DNA of 63,993 bases, the filler included, from Dimargaris cristalligena (taxonomy: Eukaryota), in assembly GCA_003614675.1 (NCBI GenBank). It is 6 parts of 6 records of this genome, joined end to end, with 100 filler letters (N's around TTAATTAATTAA, not from the genome) between each part and the next. Parts side by side here need not be neighbours in the genome. Positions count along the whole stretch, not along the records: positions 10,755 to 21,408 come from ML003167.1; positions 21,509 to 32,143 come from ML003168.1; 4 more parts are not named here. One strand, given 5' to 3'. The first letter of the stretch is position 1. Every line of letters starts with the position of its first letter. Shown here piece after piece: positions 11,076-21,960 of the stretch. A program made the position numbers and the translations under genes. The notes under the pieces were generated by a model. It searched no databases and was not told the DNA's origin. It was given only the letters and a program-made list of their open reading frames with translations.

Positions 11076-13004
11076 TAGTCTGAAACGGACACCGCCACCA
11101 CCACCCTGTTACAGCCATTCCTAATTGAACCCCCCCCCCCTTTTTTTTACACATCTCCAATCAATTATATACTCTTGTAATGTATTTTTTTTATAAGAAA
11201 ATGAGAATATACTTGACATTCCAGCATACTTTATTAGTGCCCCCTATCGGTCACTCCTGCATAGGCACCCGGCTATTTACACTGGCTTTCGTGCCGGCGT
11301 CCAGTTCAACTTGTTGGTCGGAAGGTGGCATTGTTACTTGACCCATTATCCCATCAAATTGGGTCTTTTTAGCTACCCTAGCCTTTAGTTCTAATTATAG
11401 CTACTCTAACGGCTTCCCGTTGATACACCTGTCACCAAAACGATATGGTCATGGATAAAGTTCAGGCCAGGTGTAAAATTCACATTATTTACGATCAGGT
11501 TTATCGGAGTCTTTTCCCGCTTTAAATAAACACACCATCCTTTGCTTTTTTGATTTGAGTTTCATCCCAATTCAGGAATAATATGTGTATGTGAGAGTTT
11601 CAGTCCCGCTGTATAATGAACAATTCGTTAGAGGCGATTGAGTTGATATGCTAAGTACCGCTTACACTTCATTTAAAAACTTTCCTATGCGGGTCGTGTG
11701 CACCACCACCCATATTCCTAGCGGGCTTGTTTAGTAGACCTGTGGAAACATGGCTTTTGCTTTAATCAGAACTGTCCTTTAGTTAGCCCGATAATTGGTT
11801 AAGACTCCCAAGTAATTCGTCCCGTCTACGGGGAGGGGAATCTGAAATACCATGAGTATCGGAGGATGGGGGTAGGCCAGGGCAATTAAGACTTGGGACG
11901 TAGCAACGAGTCACACACGCACACCAACGTGGACTGACGACTGGCCTAGGGGTTGATCTTCTTGGGATATGCTAATCAAATGGGTGCAAATTACACCTGG
12001 TTCGAGTGAAACGACTTCAGTCTTCTTTCCTTCTCACCTCCGCGGAGCGGCATCGGCTATTCGTCCTGGCTGAGCCCATTCTACGCAGTACTGATTGGGC
12101 CAAAGCGTGGCCGGGAAAGATAACCAACCGCCCAACCAAATGGGCACTTTGTTCCAAATTCGGCGACTGGTATGAGTGACTAGGATGTTGGGGGGTGACT
12201 TATTACCAGACTCCAGGTGCAGGGGAATTTCGGGGTATAGTATAGTATAAATGGAAAAGGGGCTGCCAAAGCACAGTCACGTCGTGTAGTTACGTGCTTC
12301 GGGCTGAAGAGTGGCTGCTTTCTGATCTCCTTACCCACTACTATATAGGCCTGATGAAACACACGTCTCATTCGGGAGTGTGGGCATATCCCACTTTATT
12401 TATTGCATTCAACTCTATCCACCGCCAAGCAACCTTCTCTCTTCTCTCTTCTCTCTGGTCTCGCAATTCGCGGCTACTTCTGAATCAGCATAACCCGTTG
12501 TTGCAGTATTGCTTACCTTGCTATACTACCATTGCTCAGTGTATATATTCACCTCGCTCAGCAGTCGCATACTCGATACTTCTTGATAGGTAATTAGCCT
12601 GGCCAGATTGTGATTCATCTACCTGGCGCAAGGGGCGAATAGAGTTTTCTATGCTTTCCTCATACCAACGGTAGAAAAGAGGGGCAGGGAGGGAGAGTGC
12701 TCTGCTGATTAAAATAGCCATGGCTGCACTACCTTCCCTCTACTATTATAAGTATCCTGTTGATAAATGGGGCGGTAGAATAAGTCCCGCCATCCCCAGC
12801 AACAGAGTGTGGGACAGAGATCCTCCCATCGCTAATTGTGGGGCGTGGCATTCATTCACTCTATGCTCTCCCATATTAAATATCTCCCCACTGGGCGCTT
12901 CGATTGTACTTCCTCTCTCCACATGTTCTATGTGCTTCTCTCACTCTCTCCTTCTACAACCCCATCCGTTACCCCTCTCACTTTCTCGCTGGCGGCTTGT
13001 TAAA

Positions 13005-13010
13005 TATAAG
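13005..13010 (+). promoter_or_regulatory. Candidate TATA element of the pyrophosphatase gene
   Basis: TAAATATAAG at 13001-13010 is followed by a pyrimidine-rich tract, ~50 nt upstream of the proposed CTG start. Confidence 0.4.
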
Positions 13011-13195
13011 GCTTTGGTGTCTCGGCGACTCCTTTCCTTCTCGTCTTTCCACTTTCCAACCTGGCGTCCCTACTACTCCGCGTTCGTCCCGCCCTGGTCA
13101 CTCGCTCAGTCCGGCCCTCTGTCATTACTACCCCTCGTTCCTTTTCCCCCAGCCTCTTGTCCACCCCTCCTCCTCTTCGTTGTTTCTACCGTACC

Positions 13196-14089
13196 ATGTC
13201 GGCCGAATACACCAACCGCATTGTCGGCGAGCCCAACTCCCCCGACTACCGTCTCTACTTCGAGAAAAACGGTCAGCTTGTCTCCCCCTACCATGACATT
13301 CCCCTCTTCGCCGACGAAGAGAGCCGCATCTTCAACATGGTTGTGGAGATCCCCCGCTGGACCAACGCCAAGATGGAAATCGCCACCGGCGAGCCGTTCA
13401 ACCCCATCAAGCAGGACGTCAAGAAGGGCAAGCTCCGCTTCGTGCGCAACTGCTTCCCCCACCACGGTTACATTTGGAACTACGGTGCTCTGCCCCAGAC
13501 CTGGGAGGACCCCACCGCCGTGAGCTCCGAGACCAAGTACGTCGGTGACAATGATCCCATCGACGTGATCGAAATCGGTGAGCAAATCGGTTACCGCGGT
13601 CAGGTGAAGCAGGTCAAGGCCCTTGGGGTCATGGCCCTCATTGACGAAGGTGAAACCGACTGGAAGATCATCGCTATCGACGTCCAGGACCCGTTGGCCG
13701 CCAAACTGCGCGATATTGAAGACGTTGAGCGTCACATGCCCGGCCTGATCCGCGCCACTAACGAATGGTTCCGCATCTACAAGATCCCCGATGGTAAGCC
13801 CGAGAACGAGTTCGCCTTTAGCGGCGAGGCCAAGAACCAGGCCTTCGCCCATAAGGTGATCCAGGAAACCCACGAGGCCTGGAAGGCCCTGATCGCCGAC
13901 AGCACCGGTGAATTGACCGATGCCCATAAGCAGTCCAACGTCAACTCGACCATCGAAGGTACCCCCGGTCACGTCACCGCCGATAACCCGATTTACGCAA
14001 ATGTCGCTACCGGTGTGCCGGCCCAGGTGCCTCAGATTGACCAGAGCATCCACAAGTGGTTCTTCATCTCGGGCAATGCCCACATCTAA
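13196..14089 (+). CDS. IPP1: Soluble inorganic pyrophosphatase (family I), 297 aa from ATG 13196; possible 45-aa N-terminal extension from CTG 13061
   Basis: Contains [62 protein letters not shown] and [14 protein letters not shown], matching yeast Ipp1 motifs. Confidence 0.98.
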   Translation: MSAEYTNRIVGEPNSPDYRLYFEKNGQLVSPYHDIPLFADEESRIFNMVVEIPRWTNAKMEIATGEPFNPIKQDVKKGKLRFVRNCFPHHGYIWNYGALPQTWEDPTAVSSETKYVGDNDPIDVIEIGEQIGYRGQVKQVKALGVMALIDEGETDWKIIAIDVQDPLAAKLRDIEDVERHMPGLIRATNEWFRIYKIPDGKPENEFAFSGEAKNQAFAHKVIQETHEAWKALIADSTGELTDAHKQSNVNSTIEGTPGHVTADNPIYANVATGVPAQVPQIDQSIHKWFFISGNAHI

Positions 14090-14745
14090 ATCCCTTGCAT
14101 GGTTCTTATGGTTTAGAGGTTGAAGATTGCCTTGGATAATTTGTATAGCCAGCATTCTAGGGCTGTGCTTTTATCCAATTTACCACAACTATCCCTTTCT
14201 CACTCCCTTGACCTCCGTCTTCAATTTTGGTTTGGGTCGCCCCGCGGACAATCTAACCGCGGGTTGCTTCAATAATCTAATAATTTAATAATTAAATCCC
14301 CCCTCCACTTTTTACGTACCCGAAGAAACGTCTTTTTACCTATGGCCGGCCACTACAGGATACCCGTATTAGACGCAGAGGATAGACCAGAACTAATCAT
14401 ATTAGGCTATTAAGCCTTGTCGAGAGTATTCAAGCCAATTGGGACTAGAGTTGGCAAAGTCTCAGGATAGGAGAACACTGAGGAGAGGAGAAGAGCCATG
14501 GTTGTATTGGGGCTAAATAGCGATTGTAGATATTTGCGGAGTACCAGCCTTTTGTGCAGTAAAAGGTTGCAATGATTGTAATGGTGGGTATCGGCAGAAT
14601 CAGGCTTATCTAGAGTGAGCCAGTCAAGTTAGAATTATTCCTCTTCCCACCCTTCAGGTATTTAAGATGTAGAGTATGTTATTCATTGTGGTTATTTTGC
14701 CCCCCCCCCCTATTTTGAGAAAGCATATAAATTATCCATGAAATA

Positions 14746-15334
14746 TATCAGACCATCTAATATACCTTAATCCCGATATGTTAGTATCCATCCTTATTAG
14801 GCCTTATAGTACCATATTAACCTTCACATAACTACACCTGGTACTATGGGATCACCCCTATAACATATAACCCTTCCCCTTCTGGACTCCACCACTTCAC
14901 ACTACTTACTTAAAGGCTGATCCAATGACTCTTCCAGTTACCATCAGAGTCTTCCAAACCCTAATGGCCATCTAGTCAAACTCTTTATCTACTTATACCC
15001 TAGTCTTAGTAGTATTTCCCTTAGGACCTCCCTCTGGAGCTATCCCTACATATATATAACTAGGCCCCACTAGGATTAGTTAAATTCCTTAGCTTATTCT
15101 TACCCCCTAGTTTATCCCAATAAACTCTATATATGCTTACCCCCCCTATATTTGACTAGTAAGTGTGCCTCCCATGTGTCCCTTGCCTGTACCTACATTT
15201 TATAGACTTTATTAGTTAGTACTGTGCCCCCCACCTAATACTAAGACCTGCTTAGCTGAGCCTAAGCCCTGTCTACCATTAGAAGCCTATCCTTAGGACT
15301 CTTGATGGACTAAGACTGGTTAACCTGAGTGACA
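14746..15334 (+). mobile_element. Solo LTR (family A), 589 bp, 5-bp TSD AAATA
   Basis: Termini TATCA...TGACA (decayed TG...CA), flanked by AAATA at 14741-14745 and 15335-15339. Aligns over its full length with the reverse complement of 24111-24695. Confidence 0.85.
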
Positions 15335-15596
15335 AAATACAAAGCCTAACCAATGATTTTTCTATTATGCAACTGGGCAGATTAAAACTACTATATATTA
15401 AATAACTTCTAACCTTTGTATAATTATATAGATATTTACTTGTAAACTATATGAGTGAAATCTAGCCCAGCTGTTTAAAGGGTTAAATGCTATAGGTATG
15501 GGATAATAGGTGGGATATTCATTTTTATTAACCTATAGTATTTTCCTTGAAATGGCTTTTTCCATAATACAGTCTGATTAAACCTCTTGTTCATTA

Positions 15597-16353
15597 CTAT
15601 TTCATTGGTATTATGTTGGGTGCCAGATCTATCATTCTCCTCTGATCAAACACACTCCCATTGCCAAGTGATAGTGCCCAGTTTAACACAAACCCTTCCC
15701 CATAACAGGAACTAATCCTACATTGATCCCTAATGATATTGTTACTTTCATGCATATTCCAACCCAGTAAAGTAAAGTATCCATTAGGGAATGCAGGTAT
15801 TATTTGCATAAAAGATCAAGTCATATCAGCCATGCCATCAAAAACGTCAATGATTGCATCATAAAAATCATCAGTAACCAGAAGATACAGTGAGAAAATT
15901 CACCAGGCTGGCTCTTTGGGCCCATCATGGATCACTGTTTATTGAAGAAGTAAATGGAGTCAACTAGTCCCAAAATAAGAATAATAAAAATAAGGCATGT
16001 TTATGGTTTAGTAGCCTATTTTGGTTTAATGGTGGCCACACTACCATTCTCAATTTTTTTGCCAATGCATGCAGCCTCAATTTTGACCCTACCCAGCTGT
16101 GGAATTGGTACCGACTTCTCCTTCCTCCCACTAAATTTATTAATTCGTTTAGCTGGGTTGCCTGATTGGACACCCAATACTTTTTTTTGGACCAGGAGCG
16201 GCTTAACAGTGCCCCCTCCTTTAGGGGGCCCAGCACATTAGGTGGGCGGCAGATACTTGGGAGGGGTGGTAACCTGGGCAAGTGATGGGCAAGAGCCAGA
16301 GCTAGGGTCATAGGCGCGATTAGGGCAAGTATGGCGGGGATAACAAAGCGCAT
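15597..16353 (-). pseudogene. Secreted-protein gene, probably degraded in its 3' part
   Basis: ATG 16353 gives the signal peptide MRFVIPAILALIAPMTLALALA, with TATAAA ~210 nt upstream. The ORF stops at 15964. Downstream coding-like frames contain TGA stops (possibly ex-CGA) in CpG-poor DNA next to the solo LTR. Confidence 0.45.
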
Positions 16354-19300
16354 GGTGAAAGGTAGTGGGGTGAGAATAAGCGTGAAATCAACTGGCATGG
16401 TGGAATAGTGGGTGGTAAGCACAAGAAGGGCAGTAAGGTAAATAGCAGTACTTGGGGAGAGAAAATAGGGGTGTGAATGGGTATGGGAGTGAAGATGGGA
16501 TTGATGTTGAGGTTGAAGTTGAAGTTAAGGTTGATCAAAATGGGGTAGAACATGGCTGATGTTTATATGATTCGTGAGTTCAAAGGAATGAGTGCTGGGC
16601 ATTAGTGGTCACGAATTTCTCTCCCTCTTCTTTCAGACTAGTCCAGCATTTCGCAATGGATCTCAATAATATGCATTGTCACCTAATCATTTTGACGAGA
16701 AATTGTGCCTTTCACATAGCTCTATAATGGTTGGAAAGGTTGTGGGGTGGTATTGATCTACCGAGTCAATGATCGGGCCGCCTTTGTCTTCTCTATAACA
16801 CCAACACCAATTCCTGCCTTATATCTCGTCTACTGGCGTCACCATTTTCAACCACTTGCATCCTTAGATTGGCCTATGGTCACTAATACCGCCGGGCAGC
16901 CGCACAGTATCTCACAAATATTTGTATTAATATAATCCTCTTTATGTGACGCTCTGGCACGGGGATTGGGATTGGTGGAGGCGCCATTAACGGGTGGATA
17001 GGGAAGGGCATGCAGAATGGATGGAAGAATATAGGGAGGTATGTCTAGGTAAGTATCCAGTGGACCACCCATACCCGCCCCCCTTCCCCATGATAGCCGG
17101 ATATAACATGCGGGTTTCCGCCATCCTAACTAAAATGTCACCACATTCCTGTGTTTGGGAGATGACAAACAGCTTATCCACCTACCCTTGACAAATCCAT
17201 AGTAAAGTTGTCGGTAAATTAACGATATCCTAAATCTAGGGACCGGCTTTTGAGCGGACGGATACTGAGTAAAAACCCGGGTCAACATTCTCACCAGATA
17301 TGTTATGGCGAGTGTTAACTAAGGGCGATCGTCTTATCAAAGGTCACCCGGTGCTAATTAGAAGTCCAACGATCCAAATGCCTATAATACCGACTGTCGA
17401 TGGCGCCCAGAGAGATACATCACCCCATTCCGTTTAAAAAATACCGCCGGATGTGGGCTTGGGGTGTTAGGACGGTGTTGACCTGCGGATAGCAAGCGGG
17501 CTACATTATGTGCGCTAGCTTACCAAGTCACTGGGATGGTCTATATGTGACCCTGGGTTAAAATGGTCTATTTTTCGAAACTAGAAATAGTATACACTGG
17601 GACGATAATACTCACAATTGCGCGTATTTTCCAACGGGTCGAAGGAATAGGCAAGCCGAAGTTTTATTACTGGCAGTTTCCACGACCGCCTCCTCCGGCT
17701 CATCAATTGTCGTTTAATTTATGTTGATGTGCAGAAAATAAGGCGGCTATTAGAACAAAGGCAGGGACATATAGTTCGCTCTAAGGGATGCAGGGGTCCT
17801 TCCAACACTACAATTATATTCGTCTGTTTACTTGACAAAGATCAGTGGATTATCTTGCTCGTTGGAATGAGAAATAGGGTTTTTCATCCAAAGGAAGGGG
17901 GGGGTGAGGGACGGCAAACTACACGGCAAGGGCAAATTGTAGAGGAGCTGTTGTTGAATTAGAGGGGCCAAAACAACCAAGTCGCCACTCCCCATTTTTC
18001 GGTTATTGGCTGGGTCTATTGATTGCATGATATAGTGAAACTAATGATAGTTAAGAGGATGGCCGCCTTAGGACACCAGTGCCCACAACCAAAGCCCATT
18101 TCTTTATATTCGTGATATTACTGTTGGGTAGCTGGTACATTTGGTACCACAGGCTGTCTCGTTGTCCAGGGTGTATCCCTATATCCCCGGCAGCTGTATC
18201 TCCGGCCGATGAAGTCTACCGGACTGCTTGCTGGTCCAGCTACTAGCTGCCCTGCCCCATCATCCCCCACCCCCCAGTATGCTCCCTATTATTTTATTAA
18301 CCTACACTTCCTATTCAACCATTCCTTAGATCAATTTTACAGGTGTACATTACTATTTTGATATTATTTAATGCGGCATCCTGGACTCCCAGCTCATTAA
18401 AATGATAGCCCCCGACCTTTAGCAGTAACACAGTTGTCAGTATAAAACATTACGGGGTAACCTGGGGTGATGGTCCTAGGGGAACTCCGTTGGGTTGGTA
18501 TATCCCTGTAGAAACTGGGCATGTTACCCGCTGATAAGTCGTGGAAAGCACCAAAAGCTCTCTACAAAACCAGCTCTGCCGCCAAACCCGCTAAGCTCAG
18601 AATACTTCCAAAGTAATAAGTACCTGCCGCTACAGTGGTTAACTACAGGGATACTAGACCAGAGTAAGCACCGGTAGGATTACTCACAATACAGTATTAG
18701 GAGGTGCCTCAGCCAGTATTCACTTGCCAGTGAATAATTGAAAGAGAATATTAATGACAAGGGGGGTTAACTGGAAGTAAAGTAAAGGGTCGTCATGGCA
18801 CTAGGTGTTGCCGGAGGAAGCATATATGGTATGATAAGGCTTGATATAGGCGGGCTACATAGTACGCTATTGTCTCTATTAGTTCGAATTAGCCAGCTAT
18901 TACGACCATGCGTCGTATTAGTTTCCCGTTATCTGTAATTAATACACACCCCTACATATACTAGGTAGAACGTCCCCATACCACATTTCCAAATGAATAC
19001 TTTAAATAATGCCATTCACTAATGCTAAAATTCACACAGATGTTTATCAACCACCAAGCTATGTTTTAATGAGTGGAATTCGGGCTGGCAGTATAAGATC
19101 CTACATAATTTGTATATAGGAAAATAGGCGGAAGAACTATTTGCAACCAGTAGAATCTGCCTCATCCCAAGGGCTTTTCGTTATCCAACCTGGTTGAACC
19201 TCTCCCATATACATGCTTATATTAAATACCTCAAAATTTACTAAACATAGATAGTTGTACACCCTGGAGTCTGGGCTGACATCCCTTTTATTATTTGTGG

Positions 19301-20155
19301 TTATCATACACACTTGATTATTACAACACGCCTCTCTTTGCATGTACCGTTTATTGGAATTGAAGTACCTACTATCAGTATATTGTAAAGTGAAGTGCTA
19401 CTAATAACATAGTGCATGAATTAAGATAATACCCCTCCCTCCTTGGTAGAAATAGCGGAAGGCTCCATGTATGCGAACTCAATAGGATTACTCCAATATT
19501 AGTATAATATTGGAGGAGCGATTATAAGGTCTAATGTTGAGATATTATGGTAATGAGAGACCATGAGCCGGGACATTCATAGTATGTTGGCCGGCGATGT
19601 GTATCTCTTCCAAGCTAAGACAGTAGACAGGCAACAATAAGGATGGTCTAAACGATTGATGACGGTAGCACTATTACAAACCAGCATGGGCCCCACAGAA
19701 ATTAGCAAAATTTATTCTGAAATGACTGAATAGGCGTACAGGGACACCCCTTTTTATAGGTTTAAAATCCTACGTACGAACCTGTATGTGAATGGTGTTG
19801 CTTTAGTTCACAGTTGAAAGAGAGTGTAGGCAAGCAGCCATAACCTATTAGCAATTAAAAACTTAATTTATCGGACCAAATCTTACAAATCTCTCACTTA
19901 GTAAGCCCGGTAATTCATTTACCCATCCACCAACACCTCACATATCACCATTGTTCAGTATTAAACAAGAGCTCGCAGACGGGACAATCAATTTGAAGTA
20001 CTGAGAGGGGAAGTATTGGTACAGGGCTATCATTATAGTCACGGTTTGGATTTTATTAAGGTAATATTGGCCCACAAAGTGGACTTGGTCAATTGGGCAC
20101 ATATATGTAGCTTAAAATCAAGAGAGGAAAACGTAGCCAACGATGATTTATAGAT

Positions 20156-21408
20156 TTACTTCGCTTTGGGACTATACTCGGTCGGGTCGTTGGTCGAGAA
20201 ACAATTCGCCAACCTTCCAATTATAATCGTGTTCCCAAGGCCCAAGATCTGTAAGCCACGTTCTGTAGTGGACACTAAACTCTGAAATAATAACCGGTAC
20301 ACCCATTTGGGGTACCTCGCCACTGTCAACGAGTCGTAATTACCGGAGGTATCTAGAATTGGATCCCTCCGATTCCTTGGTCTGACTGTCCTCTTCAGGT
20401 AGCTGGTCAACTCCAGAATCTGAGCATTCCAGGATTGTTTCAAGAAATGCTGCAGTCTTGACCAAATTAATCTGACGCATTACCTTGGCTATAGAGCCGT
20501 TATCCCGAAGCATCGTGGGAGGCGTCCGAAAATCGGTGTGAATGCCTAAAATGTCATGGGGAAGAGTTTTCACCAGTTCCACTTGGCCAGTCATGGCTCC
20601 CAAAATAACGGCCAACAGGCCAAAGTTACCTATACTTGAATGATACGTACACCCGTATTCGGCCTGGGTCTTCGCGAGTTCGGTCACGAATTCGCAAAAT
20701 AGGACATGGTATCCCTTTAAAGCTAAGTATGCCATAGTTTGAGTAGTCACTGCGGTGGCTATTTCTTCGAATGCCTTTTCCAAATGCTGGTTGTAAGCAG
20801 ATCTTCACAAAAACTCGACAGCTCAGCAAGGGACCCTTCTTATAGCCATTTTCGGGCTTGGGAGCCAGCTTCCAGTTACTATTCACGAATTCATGCAATC
20901 AGGGGTTTGTCAGGGTACGAAGGATCTCGAGAATTTTGGAAGAATTGAAATATTAGTCAATTATGCATAAGTGAGGTAGATGACTCGCTAGGACTCCTGG
21001 CGATTGTTGGGTCGGATTGATGAATCGCCGGGCGCCTTTTTGAAAAATCGGGCTATTTTGGTCCATTTTCAGGAGGCCACTGAAAAAAGACTTATGATCG
21101 ACGTCACCTGAAGGGATTAATATCTTGGCTTCGCCGATATTCTCGACCAGGTAGGTGGTGCGAATAGTAACACAAGCATATCTCCAAAATAATATGGCGA
21201 ACTGATTCCGGAGTAGCTTTTGCCAGGGATCAAAAGTGGCCTGGATCCCGGCTATTTTAGTATGACGTCTAGTTGTTGGGCCGGTGGTTTGAGGAACCCC
21301 TCTCCCGGGACTAGAGCTGGGGCTGAGCCCCGCGCTATGCTCGGGAGTGGATTGGTCACCGGACGTCGGGTTTGGAGGGCTCGAGGAACCTAGGTGGAAC
21401 ATACCGAA
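20156..21408 (-). pseudogene. Disrupted gene of an unknown family (5' end lost at the contig edge)
   Basis: Tiled ORFs 21402-20953, 20898-20626 (same frame, after in-frame TAA and TGA), 20783-20340 and 20443-20156 (frameshifts). Amino-acid composition is continuously protein-like. Confidence 0.55.
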
Positions 21409-21508
21409 NNNNNNNNNNNNNNNNNNNNNNNNNNNNNNNNNNNNNNNNNNNNTTAATTAATTAANNNNNNNNNNNNNNNNNNNNNNNNNNNNNNNNNNNN
21501 NNNNNNNN
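21409..21508. other. Artificial contig linker
   Basis: N44-TTAATTAATTAA-N44. Confidence 0.99.
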
Positions 21509-21718
21509 ATCCAATCAGAGGGAAAGCATGCATCCACCAATAGAAATATAAATAAAATTAAAGGAAAAATTTGTGTGGAAAGAATGGGTTAAAAGGGAAG
21601 GGAAAAAGACTGGATATACCAGATAAAAAAGCCGCTTCATACCCTATATATAAATATAATAATCAAATAGTAATAATTTATACCTGTGGCAATCAAGGGG
21701 ACACTCCACCTTGCCACA
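21509..21718. repeat. Repeat family B terminus (ends TTGCCACA), abutting a family A LTR fragment
   Basis: 21578-21718 matches the reverse complement of 53445-53585 closely. Similarity stops exactly at ...TTGCCACA in both copies. Confidence 0.8.
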
Positions 21719-21904
21719 CCATACTGACTAGTAAGTGTGCATTGGTGCACATCCCCCACATATATAGCGACACTTGCTTTATTCAGTTAGTATCAGCCCT
21801 ACCTAATGCTAGTAGCCTGCTTGGCTGTGTCCAATGCCCCACCTACCGTTAGAAGCCTATCCCCAAGACTCTTGATGGACTAAGAGTGGTTAATTCGGGT
21901 GACA
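21719..21904 (+). mobile_element. 3' third of a family A LTR
   Basis: ccatactgactagtaagtgtgc...agaagcctatccccaagactcttgatggactaagagtggttaattcgggtgaca matches the 3' end of 14746-15334 and ends in TGACA. Confidence 0.8.
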
Positions 21905-21960
21905 TAGAACATTGGCTAGAGAATATATAAGTGCCTCCTTTCAAAGAAATTTAAATTTTA

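Noticed and set aside
12720..13523. 267-aa ORF overlapping the IPP1 promoter and 5' CDS
   Set aside because: Out of frame with IPP1, starts upstream of the likely TATA, and is a low-complexity translation of a CT-rich promoter.
13106..14155. 349-aa antisense ORF over IPP1 (also antisense ORFs over DRE2, RML2, the bestrophins and PP4R1-like gene)
   Set aside because: Expected shadow of strong codon bias in the sense gene. No recognisable protein features.
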